Shown piece by piece: positions 25,143 through 36,104 of a stretch of DNA of 64,000 nt (positions within the stretch are counted from its first letter, which is position 1; each line of letters begins with the position of its first letter). The position numbers were made by a program, and so were the translations under genes. The stretch lies in IMG/VR virus record IMGVR_UViG_3300042939_000937. One strand, given 5' to 3'. Source of the DNA: an uncultured virus (IMG/VR IMGVR_UViG_3300042939_000937) (lineage: Duplodnaviria; Heunggongvirae; Uroviricota; Caudoviricetes). Under the pieces are notes generated by a model that saw only the letters and a program-made list of their open reading frames with translations, had not been told where the DNA came from and did no database searches.

Positions 25143-25611
25143 TTTTGTACTTTGTTTGGGACGCTTGTGGTTGGTCTTCGTAAACGATGTATCCCCCGTT
25201 CTCTATAATCTTAGTCGGATCTCCGGGCATCACCTCTCTGGTGTTGTTGCCAACGCGACCCATGTTCATAGGGCCTTTGCGGGCAAACTCCGGATGGTTT
25301 TTCAGTAGATCGAACACGTTGCGTTTGGCCTCAATGCTGAAGGATCCGAAATAGCGTTGATTTGCGTCATCAGTCTGAGACCCACCCGTGTTAAGAGGAC
25401 CTTCAATGTACTCTGCAGCAGTTCCATCCCGCATCGGTTCTTCACCGTTTTTCGGTTGGTCTAAATCGCGACGCGATTTAACTTTGCGAGTACCATACTT
25501 GTTCTTCAGGTCAAAGTTCCCGGCAGCGTTTCCGTAAGGTTGCGTTGGTGTGCCCGCACTGTTTAACGGGGTTGCGGCATCTTGGGTTTTGCTGCCAGGA
25601 AATTTATCCAT
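25123..25611 (-). CDS. Hydrophilic hypothetical protein
   Basis: ORF; start MDKF assumed. Confidence 0.6.
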   Translation of the reverse strand: MDKFPGSKTQDAATPLNSAGTPTQPYGNAAGNFDLKNKYGTRKVKSRRDLDQPKNGEEPMRDGTAAEYIEGPLNTGGSQTDDANQRYFGSFSIEAKRNVFDLLKNHPEFARKGPMNMGRVGNNTREVMPGDPTKIIENGGYIVYEDQPQASQTKYKNDRKTN

Positions 25612-25612
25612 T

Positions 25613-25993
25613 TTACTGAAGAGGGAGGCGCAGAGAAGGTACAAACGCATTCTCGCCTACGCGGCGGATGCCAATGACGTACTTCATTGAGAAATACTCA
25701 CCCGGTTGCGGAATAACGTAACCGTATTTTATACATTGCCAAAGAGGTATCAAATAAAACGAATGTTCAAGGTCTTCACAGCCTTTGGCAAAGAGTTTGC
25801 AGAGCAAACGGGGAGTGTACAGTTGGCAAAATGTCTCAATCTCTTGAACAGTTCCGATCTTGTCGTAAAGGTTTGCAGGATCGTCAATGCACTGAAATCC
25901 TTCTGATTCGAGTTGTTCTTTGAGACGAGATTGTTTCTGACACTCGTAAGAGAGGGCATCCACAGTTTCGTCGGGGATAGTAGTCGGCATCAT
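25613..25993 (-). CDS. Hypothetical protein
   Basis: ATGA-coupled to the helicase gene. Confidence 0.6.
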   Translation of the reverse strand: MMPTTIPDETVDALSYECQKQSRLKEQLESEGFQCIDDPANLYDKIGTVQEIETFCQLYTPRLLCKLFAKGCEDLEHSFYLIPLWQCIKYGYVIPQPGEYFSMKYVIGIRRVGENAFVPSLRLPLQ

Positions 25994-27969
25994 ACTTTTA
26001 CCCCCTTTTCCAGGCGAGAATAAAGCTCCTCTCGGGCCGCAGCACGGAACTTTTCGGCACGGTCGGGGCTATAGTGTTTGTTACCCAGCCACTCGTCGTG
26101 GCACCGAGCCTCAGCGTTTCTCAACCTTGTTAGGTCTCGAGTGTCAAGACCTTCCGTCAGATTCTCTCCCTCCTCTGTTAGCTCTTCCGATGCGCAACGC
26201 ATCAGTTCCCAATTCTCAATCACATAGTTCGCAGAACCACCAATCTTGAATCCATCCCTCATGACCAGCTTTTCCATCATGTCCTTGATGACTTCGGCGG
26301 TTGTCGTCTGATTCGAATTCTTGCCGAATTGCTCGTAATGTGTGACTGCCTTTTTGATAGACTCCCAACGAACCTCTCGAAATCCCTGGTAGTAATGCGT
26401 AGAAGGTCTCCCTGCGGCTTCCCACTGACGCTTCATCTTGTTCATTAGATGCAATCCTGAGGGATCCACACCGACAAAGTAAAAGTGATCTAGACACTCT
26501 TGAAGCATCTCCGGCGTGAGTTCCGGAACCTCGGAGTCGCCTGTGCGCAACATCCATGCGAATGCCATACCGTTAACAAGCGCCTGCGTGACATCTGCCT
26601 TGAAGCGGATGCGCTGGCGTGTCGTCCAGTACCGGACCTCGACTTGGAGGCGATTAATTGATGGATCGCGAGTGTCCGTGATAATGTGCCAGAATCGGTC
26701 CGTCGCCAACCGCAAGCACCAGAGATAGAGTGCCTCTTGACTGACCCCGAGCTTGTTTGCGAGATACGGCATGTGTGCGCGTGGACGAAGATCAGGCGAG
26801 CCATCCGACACAGTTCCCTCCAGACAGTCTCGGTTCTTCGCAACCTCGTACTCGCGATAGGTTGAGATGATTTTGATGCGATCAATGATTCCGGGATCGA
26901 GATCGTAGGCGAATTTACTGTTCCAGTCATTGCTGTTTACGAGAATAACAGTCTTTGGCCAAATTTGCTCAGAGTTCTGAAATTTCTCTTCCACCTGGAA
27001 CAAACCATTGGTGATAAGAATCTTGGTTTCTTCCGCAGCGAGAAACTTCTTCAGGGATACCAAAGAAGTGTCGTCTTTATACGCGATGTCACTCAACGCT
27101 GCTGCTTTGAGACCGAATCGGTCTTCGGTTGACTTGAAAGTGTGCGTGACGAAACCGCAACGTTGCAGTGCAGCTGTGAGTCCATTAAACAGGGTGGATT
27201 TTCCGAGACCTGCATCTTTCCCGACGATGACTCCCGCCATCCGGGCGGTGTGGTCGACGGGTTCTGTTCTGCCAGGTGGGAGATGATTAGCTCGCCCAAC
27301 TCCGACGCGTCCAAGGATGAGTCGTAGCATTTCTTGCTCGGCTTCGGGGAAGATTGTGAAAACATCAGAAAAAGTGACCTTCCGAAGCGCAGGGTCAAAC
27401 CAATCCCGGTCAGGCACCCAGATGCGAGGATTGAGCACAACTTCGCCACCCCAACGACCAACCGGATCAAACGTGTGTCCATAGTTAAGAGTTTGATGAA
27501 TGTTCTTGGCTTCGTTAATTTTGCGCATCTTCAACAACCGCTCAGTGAAGCTCTGAAGGTCGCTGTCACCGGCTTTCGGACGATACAAGGGTAGCCAAAA
27601 TTCCCGCACCTCCTCCTCACAAAGATCGGGGTGGAATGCGGCCTCAATGTGCTCAAAGTCGTGGTCCTCTGAGATATCTTGCAAAGGCAGAAAAGTGTTC
27701 GGGTACCGAACACCGTCGATATGCGGAGGAGTTGTAGGCTTCAGAATCCGGTGATTTACGTGATCGCCCGTTTCATCTAGCTCGACGGTGAATCCGCGAG
27801 ACTTTAGAAGATTCACTCCCACACTATACAACTCACTTACGCGAGTGGGGCTTTTCTTCTCTTCTGTTTTCTTCTTTGACGAACCGAAGGTTTTTGCCTT
27901 GGCCCGTTCGTTCGCTTTTCCGAGAATGTCGATTTCTTGCTTTGTTGTGGTTTTAAAAGGGTCCGACAT
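25990..27969 (-). CDS. P-loop NTPase, SF3/D5-like replicative helicase
   Basis: Walker A GKDAGLGKST, Walker B-like AYKDD, motif C VILVNSN, IIDRI. Confidence 0.7.
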   Translation of the reverse strand: MSDPFKTTTKQEIDILGKANERAKAKTFGSSKKKTEEKKSPTRVSELYSVGVNLLKSRGFTVELDETGDHVNHRILKPTTPPHIDGVRYPNTFLPLQDISEDHDFEHIEAAFHPDLCEEEVREFWLPLYRPKAGDSDLQSFTERLLKMRKINEAKNIHQTLNYGHTFDPVGRWGGEVVLNPRIWVPDRDWFDPALRKVTFSDVFTIFPEAEQEMLRLILGRVGVGRANHLPPGRTEPVDHTARMAGVIVGKDAGLGKSTLFNGLTAALQRCGFVTHTFKSTEDRFGLKAAALSDIAYKDDTSLVSLKKFLAAEETKILITNGLFQVEEKFQNSEQIWPKTVILVNSNDWNSKFAYDLDPGIIDRIKIISTYREYEVAKNRDCLEGTVSDGSPDLRPRAHMPYLANKLGVSQEALYLWCLRLATDRFWHIITDTRDPSINRLQVEVRYWTTRQRIRFKADVTQALVNGMAFAWMLRTGDSEVPELTPEMLQECLDHFYFVGVDPSGLHLMNKMKRQWEAAGRPSTHYYQGFREVRWESIKKAVTHYEQFGKNSNQTTTAEVIKDMMEKLVMRDGFKIGGSANYVIENWELMRCASEELTEEGENLTEGLDTRDLTRLRNAEARCHDEWLGNKHYSPDRAEKFRAAAREELYSRLEKGVKV

Positions 27970-28066
27970 AGGCTGGTTTGGATGGTTGTTTCCGTCTTAG
28001 TATAGCAGAAAAGGCCCGAGGTAAATCCCCGAGCCCAGAATGCCAACTACTTTTGAATCATGAACC

Positions 28067-29041
28067 TCAGAAATCCAGTGCGAATGACTCAGGATCCTCA
28101 GCAAACGCAGCGCATTTCAGGACGCACTTTGCAGTTGGGAATCCATTATATTCTCCTAGTTCCAGCACTCGCAGGGTAGCAGGATTGTCACGGTCGATGA
28201 CCGGTTCTGCAGCCAGAGTTTTCTTCAAGGCATTGTTAGGCTTAATAATAGCCCAGTCCATCACCTCGGTCTCGACATCCATCCACTCACCGTCAACTTG
28301 TTGGCGGACGGGAGCACTGAATGGCTCGTCGATCTTCACTTGCAGGAAGTAGTCGGTACCGTAAGCACCACCTTCTTTCGTGCGGTAGGTGGTCACAGTG
28401 TAGTTTCCGATCGGGAGATGGGCAACCCTGACAAAGGGACCTTGCATCCGCTCGCTAGAACCGGAATTTTCTCCGCGCTTGCTTAGGTCAGAAGCAACTT
28501 GCACTTTCTCGGCAATCGCTTCGGGGTTTTCGTCAAGCAGAAGATCTAGCAGGTCTGCAGAGACTTTATCTTCAAAGTCTGCACTACGAATCGGAATCGG
28601 CAGCGAGTACAGAGTACCATCAGAGGTGATGGAGACGTTCAGAACTGCTTCCGTGAATTTGCCAATCGTCTCTTCCTTGAAGACGAATTTGGTGCCTTTG
28701 GGTGCGCCAGTGACGGTGATTTTACCGGGGCTGATTGCCAGAGGGATGTCCCGATCTCCCCACCGAATCACCAGACCTTTTTCTTCGGTTGAGAATACGG
28801 TAGGGGAGTAGAGACGCTTGAATGTTCCGTTTGCGTCAGCGCGGACAGTAAAGGTGGAACCTTCGTCGTCGAAGTCTTCGCCAGTGAGCGCAGTGAAGAT
28901 TGCACTCAGACCGTTTTTATAGCTCTCAGGGAGTGCTTTGTTCGGGATATCCGTGTAAGCACGTGTGTATTGTTTGGACTCCAGACGCGCACGATTACGG
29001 TCGTCGAGCGCAGGAGAAATCTTGAAAGTTGAAATTGCCAT
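28067..29041 (-). CDS. Replication-associated protein, possibly ssDNA-binding
   Basis: Beta-rich, acidic tail ending LDF, next to the helicase, own promoter. Confidence 0.5.
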   Translation of the reverse strand: MAISTFKISPALDDRNRARLESKQYTRAYTDIPNKALPESYKNGLSAIFTALTGEDFDDEGSTFTVRADANGTFKRLYSPTVFSTEEKGLVIRWGDRDIPLAISPGKITVTGAPKGTKFVFKEETIGKFTEAVLNVSITSDGTLYSLPIPIRSADFEDKVSADLLDLLLDENPEAIAEKVQVASDLSKRGENSGSSERMQGPFVRVAHLPIGNYTVTTYRTKEGGAYGTDYFLQVKIDEPFSAPVRQQVDGEWMDVETEVMDWAIIKPNNALKKTLAAEPVIDRDNPATLRVLELGEYNGFPTAKCVLKCAAFAEDPESFALDF

Positions 29042-29138
29042 TGTCAGTTTAGCTTTGAGTCAAGTTACCGTAAGTCTCAGACCTTTTTCTGAGTAGTAAC
29101 ACCAGTATTATACCCGCTGCTGGTAAAAGTAAACTGCC

Positions 29139-30488
29139 TCAACCCCAGGCGTATTTTTCCCATGCCTCAAGGGCAGAATTTGGCCCAATCAATCCTTGAG
29201 AGATCGCACTTGCTTTGAACTTATCCGCAGCTTCCTTGTTCATCGGAGTCCCCAGACCGATTACTCGCGAAGCCTGCACACTAATTTCAACGCTCCCGTT
29301 TTGAGCTGAGTATCCCACTGACTGCACGACCCAGTCCTCGATGAACTCCCCCGAGAGAGAAGGAATATAGAGAATGTCGTGTGGCTTGATACCTACGAGC
29401 AGAGGGCACATGAAGGTGCTGAAGTTTAGTTTCGCATTCTTCTCCTGGTTCAGCGCATTTTGTCGGTTGGGGCCATACGGGTTTTCTTTGCTCTGCACTG
29501 AGAGAGAAGCTCTTTGGTTGGAAGTTCCCAATGGGGCTGAGGTGGGCTTTGCAGGTCCTTCTTTGTTTGCGGCTACGACCGAGGGGTTTGGCTGGGGATT
29601 TGAAACATTCTTCCCTCGGGAAACCGGATTGGTAGCATACCTTTGTTTTCCAGGATTGTTCTCACTTGATTGTTGTGGCTGTGACCACTGCGAAGTTCGA
29701 GTTATTGAGTCAATGATGGCCGGACCCAAGATATACCCATAGCGGACCGTGGGATCAGGGTTTGACGCTGTGGTTACACTGGCTATCTCCACGTCTTCCT
29801 GTTTTATCCCTCCCTTACTGTCAACCCAACTGAAAGGTGGCATAACCACCACAGTCGCTTGGGATATATTGATTGGGAATGCTTGATCGCCTGTTTGCTT
29901 GATAAGTGCGGCAACTGCGTTACCGAAAGTCCAATCGTTGCCGTATTGGTTGAGGATCTTGACTTTTTTCCAATACTCTAGAGTTCCTTTATTGTACTGA
30001 ATGAGTTTTTCAAACTTTTCCAGGCCAAACTGTTTTTGTAACCGCTTCACCAGGTCCTGGGGCGCTCCGCCCGTTTTTTCGTCGTACGCTTGCGCCGTGC
30101 TGCGAATGTTACCATTGATGAGACCGGCCAGCTCCGAGGTCATCTGAACTGTGACCGACATATCATTGCCGTAGCTAATGGTTTGTCCTGACCACACGAA
30201 CACAAAGACAACTTTCTTACCTTGAGGATAAAAGTACTCAATGGTAATTTGAGTTTGCATGAACTCTTTGCTATTAACGAACGACTCGTACACTGCAAAC
30301 CCTTTTCCCGTAGGGTCCCACTTCATGCTTGCTGTGGGTGCCTCATTCTCTGCGTTCAAGTCAACCTCGATATCGTACACAAGAGGAGACCGTGCCGGGA
30401 AGTCCAAGTTACCGTCATATGCGCTTAAGTTTACCTTCCCCCAGAGCACGCGTACGCGAGGCTGCCGTAGAAAACCTCCTGAGGCCAT
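29139..30488 (-). CDS. Probable baseplate hub/tail protein
   Basis: Directly after the tape measure; C-terminal GIKP..I......WVVQSVGY pattern. Confidence 0.55.
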   Translation of the reverse strand: MASGGFLRQPRVRVLWGKVNLSAYDGNLDFPARSPLVYDIEVDLNAENEAPTASMKWDPTGKGFAVYESFVNSKEFMQTQITIEYFYPQGKKVVFVFVWSGQTISYGNDMSVTVQMTSELAGLINGNIRSTAQAYDEKTGGAPQDLVKRLQKQFGLEKFEKLIQYNKGTLEYWKKVKILNQYGNDWTFGNAVAALIKQTGDQAFPINISQATVVVMPPFSWVDSKGGIKQEDVEIASVTTASNPDPTVRYGYILGPAIIDSITRTSQWSQPQQSSENNPGKQRYATNPVSRGKNVSNPQPNPSVVAANKEGPAKPTSAPLGTSNQRASLSVQSKENPYGPNRQNALNQEKNAKLNFSTFMCPLLVGIKPHDILYIPSLSGEFIEDWVVQSVGYSAQNGSVEISVQASRVIGLGTPMNKEAADKFKASAISQGLIGPNSALEAWEKYAWG

Positions 30489-30499
30489 GTTGTTTCTCC

Positions 30500-33400
30500 T
30501 TAGCTAAAGATTGAAGAGGACTGGGCGTTGTTCATTGCTTCGTAGAACAATGTGGCAACTCGATTGGCAAGTGCTTCGCCATCTTCACCGGGCTGTTGTG
30601 TGATTGAGATGTTGTTCACAACGTTTACCCCGGTTCCGAAACCTTCTCGAGAGTTTGCAGTGACCGATGCAATTTTTGCCGAGCCTGGAACCATAGACCG
30701 TTCCCACTGACGTGCATCAGACAGGGAATTGAAAGCAACGGGATTGTTGGGACCGAAAGCCCAGGCAACATGAACGTGATCGTTATGCGTTGCTTGGGCG
30801 TAGGGTGCAACTTTCCTTCCATCTTTGACGGAGAAGCCAAGTGGCGTATAGATAAGTTCTCTCAGGTTACGTCCAAAAGCACTATACATATATTGTGCAA
30901 ACGCCATCATTTGTGGAGTTGGGCCACTACCGTTTGAGTAATCTCGCGCACGGTTGATACCATGATAGCCTGGGTCACCAGGGCGGTAACCGCTGGTCAT
31001 TGTCAAGCCGAACTTACTTGCGGCCGCCCCAAAAATTGCAGGTCCACCGGAGCCTCCTCCCGGGAGTCCTCCACCACCAAAATCAGACTTGACTTTCAAT
31101 CCTCCGCTTGCAAGCAAACTGCTTATAGAACTGACTCCGGCTTGAATGTTATTTAGATCGCTGAGTATCGCATTCTGAATGCCAGACAATTTGTTGCTTA
31201 TAGAAATAGCAGCTGCCCGAATGTTCCCGAGAGTAGTGTTGGCAGTAGCAGTGTTTTTCTTGGTTTCTTCGGTTGCTTTCTGCGTGAGAGCACCTTGAGT
31301 GATTTGCGTGGCAGCTTTTGTGTTGAGTTGTTGAATGTTCGCGGCAGTTTGTTTGACTTCGGCGGGAACAACTGGGGGTGCGGGCGGTGCAGCAGCTGCA
31401 GGGGGGGTCTTAGCGGCGGAAGTTGTTCCGGGAGTGGAGGCAGGGGAGGGTGCGGGAGCTCCTGGCTTTGCGACGGTAGCGGGGTTCGCTCCTTTCTTCA
31501 GTTTTTCTATCTCTTGTTTCAGAGATTCCACCACTACTTGGTTTTTTGCAATCGCTGCTTCGTTTTTGGTTGCTTTTGCTTCTGCTACGTAACGCTCGTA
31601 CGCTCTCAGAGAGGAACTCAAACCTTTAATCGTTTCTTCAGGGGTATAGCTCTTGCCCGAAGGGGTTTTCGCTGCCGAGCTTATCTCTCTCTTTGCCAGA
31701 TCCTCTCCAAATATTTTCTCCCTCTGAATCCGAAGAGCTTTCGCCTCTGGGCTGTTACCCCTTCGGGTAGCATTCAGATACAGCTCGTAGATGCCAAGCA
31801 TCCCTAGTCGCAGATAGTAGAAAGGTGCCTCAAGCATCTTCATCAGGGCACCCAGGAAATCGAAATTGTCACCGAGATTGAAAATCTTCGAAATTACCCA
31901 TCCAATGTCCTTGGCCAAAGTCCCGATAAATTGTATCAAGGTGCTAAATGTTGCCGCCAGGTTCTCGAATATGTTTCCGAGCCCGTTAATAACCGACTCT
32001 TGCTGGCCAACCCAACTTCCGATAATACCTCCGATCGGACCCAGTAACGCTGTTCCAATGATTGTTCCGATAATCGGGCCGGCAGCAGCCCCTAAGCCCT
32101 TCCAAATGTCTCCGGTCTCAAAGAAAGTTGCGACACCGCTAATTATTCCGGTTAACCCGGCCACGGCAGTGCCAAATTTTCCTAGCATGCCGAGCGGATT
32201 CCTAAGACCTGCCATACCACCGGCACCCAGTCGAGTTCCTACAGCACCAAAGAACCCTTTTGGGTTAGAAAAGACATTCTTACCAACAGAAACAATTCTG
32301 ACTGCAATTCCTTTTGTTGCTGCACCTGCACCTCGGGCTGCGCTAGAAATTCGCTCCCCTAGCCCCTTCGGCAAGCTGGCTATAGCCGCGACCGCATCGT
32401 CAAGATACGAGGGCAACAACATAAACCCTTGCAGTGTTTTGCCGCCGAGATTCTGTAGAAGTGGTGCAACATCATCAAGATAACCTATTAGCATCGACAC
32501 CAGGCCCTTTAGTTTCCCGCCGAGTTTGGGCAGAAAGACTAAAGCATCGTCAAGATACGAAGTTAATGCCGTCAGCAAGTTCTTGAGACCATTCCGCAAA
32601 TCATCAAGGTACGTCGTATCGAGGACTTCATCAAAATCTTTGAAGATTCCGGGCGCCGTGAATCCCTTACCTAGAGACATCGCCGGGTAAGGCTTCATTG
32701 CTACCTGCGGGAATTGCGGGTTAACTCTTCGAGCTTCGCCCAGCACTCCGGATGGCGACTTGGCGCCGCCGCCACCAGATATCAAAGTAGATTTTGCTTT
32801 TGCCTCGGGAATAAAGTCGAGGCCAAGGTCTGCAGCTGTATAGGCATAGGCATTCGTCACCCCGGAACCTTTCCCTCCTTTCGGGTATCCCGATGACACT
32901 TTGGCCTTGTCCAGGTCATACAATGCTTCCGCTGCTGCGAAATTGGGCTTTAACTTGTCTATTTGACCGGAAGCTTTTGTCATCCCCCTTTCAATAAATC
33001 CTTCCAGGGCATTAGCAAGCCCGATGGAGAAAGCGGCGACAGTTGCGGGAAGTAGCAGGGCGACCGAGCTGATGATGCTAAATTCCAAAGGGGCAATCTT
33101 GAAAACTTCCAAGATGGCTCTGAAGAGTACCTTGAATATGTTCTGAATGATTGACCGGAAAGCCTCAGGGCCACCTGCCGCGTAGAACCCGTCTTTGAGG
33201 CCAGAGGCTAGTTGGCTGGAGTTTGAAGTGAGACCCGCAAAAAACTCGATCACTTTGGCGGTCTCGGACAGAACGGTTCCAACCACGCTCCCAATAACCT
33301 CCCCCACTCTAAAGGCCACTTTTGAGTTAAGTACTTTATCCAGAAGTCCGGATAGAATCTCACCAATGTTTAGATCTTTTGACGTTAAACTAGAAGCGAT

Positions 33401-35275
33401 TTGGCTGAACTCTCCTTTCCCGATGACGCCTAATTGGAAAAGTAAATTATTAATAGCTGATAGAGATGCCCGGATGTCAAGAGTCCCGTTAATAAAGTCC
33501 ATGCCAGGCGTTTTACTTAACGCCTCGAGGCCTTCTCTGTACTGGTTAAAGGTTCTGGCAAACTCGGCAGTGTAATGTCGAGCATCCGTGAGTGTGTTAG
33601 CTATCTTCTTAAGAGGATCAAACACCAAGGGAAGTGCTTCAACAATTGGCGCCAAAACTTGACCCGCATTGGAAAAAATATCGCGCAGAATCTCAAAGAT
33701 ACTCAGATCTTCCTTGGCAGCTTCGCTCAAGTCCGTGACGACTTGCCCAGCCTCATTAACGTATTGGCCGTACTGGTTGAGTCTTCTGCCAAAATCCTCA
33801 AAGTTTCGGCCTAAACCAAACAACCCTGTATCGGGATCTAAGATGGAGCTGCGCAAACCCTGATAAACACCGTCAACACTAGTCCGCAGTTTTTCAATTA
33901 AATCTGGAGTTACGACTTCGTCTAAGAGTTTTTGAACCGCTTGGAAACGGTCCATGGAGTTGAGCCGAGTGGCATTTATTTTATCAATGTTTCTCTGCAA
34001 TGCATCGGATATAGTTGGATCTGAGAACACGGCAGCATAACGTTGAAACTGCCCCATCGACACTTCTTGCTGAGACAGCATCCTTTCCGTGAGACCGGGT
34101 AAGCCGTATGCCCCCGCAATTCCGCCAGCACCGGTTCTGCCCCCTAGGCCAGCGATGGTTGTCTTTTTAGTTAATTCTCCCAATATGGTTGTAATTGTTT
34201 GCCTTTGCTGCTCAGCTCCTGTGCCGGTAATGACACCGCCATAGAATTTCCGACCCTCCTCCGTGGCTCGAATGCGATTTGCCTCGGCCCGAGCTTTTTC
34301 AAAGTCTGTCCCTACGATGCGAGCAGCAGTGTCACTCAGTCTTTTACCAACTTGCACATAGTCATTCGTTACGCCCGGCAGAGCCGCCGCCATTTTTGCG
34401 AAAGTTTTATTTGTGTCCTGCTGGTATTGAATCGCTTGGTCAATGTCCCTGAGGAAAGGATTTGAGGATCTCTTAGAGATGGAATAAAGACCTCCTGCCG
34501 CCTTCAAGTCGCTTATCTCGTCTTGAACTCGTTCCCCGAAAGCGCCCGCGAAGTACTGAAACGGCTTAACCATAAGGCCCACGCCAATTTGAAACCCTTG
34601 GACGACGGCCCCTGTGATGGTGGTGCCAAGTGTGTAGCCAAGAGTCTGACCAAAAGCGAACGTCTCGTCACGAGAAACGCCGAATCTTTTCGTGCCAAAT
34701 GTTGAAGTGGGTCGGGAAGGAGGCACGTAGCCACCACCGCCGCCACCGCCACCCCCTGGAATGCGAGGGGCACTCGGTGGACGCGGGGGGCGAGGAGGCC
34801 GTGGGGGAAGAGGAACTCCACCGCCGCCACCACCGCCACCGCCGCCACCGCGAGGAATGCGCCCTCCTAGTCGAACTTCCCGTGAAGCTCGCCCAAGTTC
34901 TCGTGTCTGACGGGTCGCAGCTTCAAGAAACTGAAGGGTCGGATTATTTTTTGCGTTGAAACGTTGCTTATTACCCTTCCCCTGCAGCCACATATTGGCT
35001 GACACAGTCTTGCCGACTTCCTTGCGATATTCCTTCAGAACTGGGATACTAGCGTTGAGTTCTGACCGAAGCGTCTTTACTTCTTCAGAAAGCCTTTTAT
35101 GGGCACCGATGACTTTGCCCATCGACTGGGTTAAGTCTGAGAACGAACCCTTCTTGCCTGCGAAAGATCCTAGGTTAGCCTTCAGCTGGTTAATAGAATT
35201 ATTGATCTTCTCCAGAGAAGGTGAGATACCGTCCCTAAATTCTGAAATAAGTACAAACGTCCTATCGTCAGCCAT
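30500..35275 (-). CDS. Tape measure protein with C-terminal M15-like peptidase
   Basis: 1591 aa helical Ala/Gly-rich; TSGYRPGDPGYH...ARD...HNDHVHVA. Confidence 0.85.
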   Translation of the reverse strand: MADDRTFVLISEFRDGISPSLEKINNSINQLKANLGSFAGKKGSFSDLTQSMGKVIGAHKRLSEEVKTLRSELNASIPVLKEYRKEVGKTVSANMWLQGKGNKQRFNAKNNPTLQFLEAATRQTRELGRASREVRLGGRIPRGGGGGGGGGGGVPLPPRPPRPPRPPSAPRIPGGGGGGGGGYVPPSRPTSTFGTKRFGVSRDETFAFGQTLGYTLGTTITGAVVQGFQIGVGLMVKPFQYFAGAFGERVQDEISDLKAAGGLYSISKRSSNPFLRDIDQAIQYQQDTNKTFAKMAAALPGVTNDYVQVGKRLSDTAARIVGTDFEKARAEANRIRATEEGRKFYGGVITGTGAEQQRQTITTILGELTKKTTIAGLGGRTGAGGIAGAYGLPGLTERMLSQQEVSMGQFQRYAAVFSDPTISDALQRNIDKINATRLNSMDRFQAVQKLLDEVVTPDLIEKLRTSVDGVYQGLRSSILDPDTGLFGLGRNFEDFGRRLNQYGQYVNEAGQVVTDLSEAAKEDLSIFEILRDIFSNAGQVLAPIVEALPLVFDPLKKIANTLTDARHYTAEFARTFNQYREGLEALSKTPGMDFINGTLDIRASLSAINNLLFQLGVIGKGEFSQIASSLTSKDLNIGEILSGLLDKVLNSKVAFRVGEVIGSVVGTVLSETAKVIEFFAGLTSNSSQLASGLKDGFYAAGGPEAFRSIIQNIFKVLFRAILEVFKIAPLEFSIISSVALLLPATVAAFSIGLANALEGFIERGMTKASGQIDKLKPNFAAAEALYDLDKAKVSSGYPKGGKGSGVTNAYAYTAADLGLDFIPEAKAKSTLISGGGGAKSPSGVLGEARRVNPQFPQVAMKPYPAMSLGKGFTAPGIFKDFDEVLDTTYLDDLRNGLKNLLTALTSYLDDALVFLPKLGGKLKGLVSMLIGYLDDVAPLLQNLGGKTLQGFMLLPSYLDDAVAAIASLPKGLGERISSAARGAGAATKGIAVRIVSVGKNVFSNPKGFFGAVGTRLGAGGMAGLRNPLGMLGKFGTAVAGLTGIISGVATFFETGDIWKGLGAAAGPIIGTIIGTALLGPIGGIIGSWVGQQESVINGLGNIFENLAATFSTLIQFIGTLAKDIGWVISKIFNLGDNFDFLGALMKMLEAPFYYLRLGMLGIYELYLNATRRGNSPEAKALRIQREKIFGEDLAKREISSAAKTPSGKSYTPEETIKGLSSSLRAYERYVAEAKATKNEAAIAKNQVVVESLKQEIEKLKKGANPATVAKPGAPAPSPASTPGTTSAAKTPPAAAAPPAPPVVPAEVKQTAANIQQLNTKAATQITQGALTQKATEETKKNTATANTTLGNIRAAAISISNKLSGIQNAILSDLNNIQAGVSSISSLLASGGLKVKSDFGGGGLPGGGSGGPAIFGAAASKFGLTMTSGYRPGDPGYHGINRARDYSNGSGPTPQMMAFAQYMYSAFGRNLRELIYTPLGFSVKDGRKVAPYAQATHNDHVHVAWAFGPNNPVAFNSLSDARQWERSMVPGSAKIASVTANSREGFGTGVNVVNNISITQQPGEDGEALANRVATLFYEAMNNAQSSSIFS

Positions 35276-35340
35276 TCTGCCGGGTAACCTATTATTCAGG
35301 TTTTACCCTATCGGCCGCGAGGTATAATACCTTGTAGAGA

Positions 35341-36102
35341 TTGTTTATCAAGGGTATGGACAAAACTATGTCAATTGTGAAAGTAGACACAAGGCACTAC
35401 AGGGTGATTGCCCAGAAAAACTGGGGTTTAACTAAAGAGCAGATGAGGGGTAAACATGTTCACCACCGCATTAAACGTTGCGACGGTGGAACAGACGACC
35501 CTTCAAATCTGTATGTCTGCAGTGAGTGGTTCCATGACAACGTGTGGCATGCGAATGACAACGGATTCGCGGGATGTGCGTCCCTGGGTGCTCTGAAAGC
35601 TAATGAAAAAAAGGATGAGAACGGAAAGAGTTTAACCGGGTTGAAGGCTGCCCAGAGCACTCACTCTAAGAGGAACGAGGAAGGAAAAAGCCTAGCCGCA
35701 CTTAAAGTTCACGAAGAAAAAGACAAAGAAGGCAGAAGTTTACACGCTCTCAGGTTACATGAAGAAAAACTAAATGACGGCAGGAGCGCCAGAGCTGTCA
35801 GAAATGGCTATAAGTCCCATGAAGAAAAAACAGAAGAGGGTAAGAGCGCCCGAGCGGTAAAGATTGCGGAGAATCTTCATGCTCGAAAAGATGAACTAGG
35901 CAGGAGTATTCATGCCATGGAGGCTTTACACAAAGAGAGGGACTCAGACGGAAAAAGCCTAACAGGGAAGAGGATTGCGTCAATGGTGAACTCTCGAAAA
36001 TATATTTGTTTAGTTACTGGAAAAATTTCTACTCCGGGACCGCTCACACTATGGCAAAAAGCACGTGGCATAGATCCTTCGCTCCGCGCGGAAGTCGAAT
36101 GA
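35341..36102 (+). CDS. HNH homing endonuclease with EKxExGKS repeats
   Basis: HVHHRIKRCDGGTDDPSNLYVC...H; about 7 repeats; promoter at 35302-35328. Confidence 0.85.
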   Translation: MFIKGMDKTMSIVKVDTRHYRVIAQKNWGLTKEQMRGKHVHHRIKRCDGGTDDPSNLYVCSEWFHDNVWHANDNGFAGCASLGALKANEKKDENGKSLTGLKAAQSTHSKRNEEGKSLAALKVHEEKDKEGRSLHALRLHEEKLNDGRSARAVRNGYKSHEEKTEEGKSARAVKIAENLHARKDELGRSIHAMEALHKERDSDGKSLTGKRIASMVNSRKYICLVTGKISTPGPLTLWQKARGIDPSLRAEVE

Positions 36103-36104
36103 GA

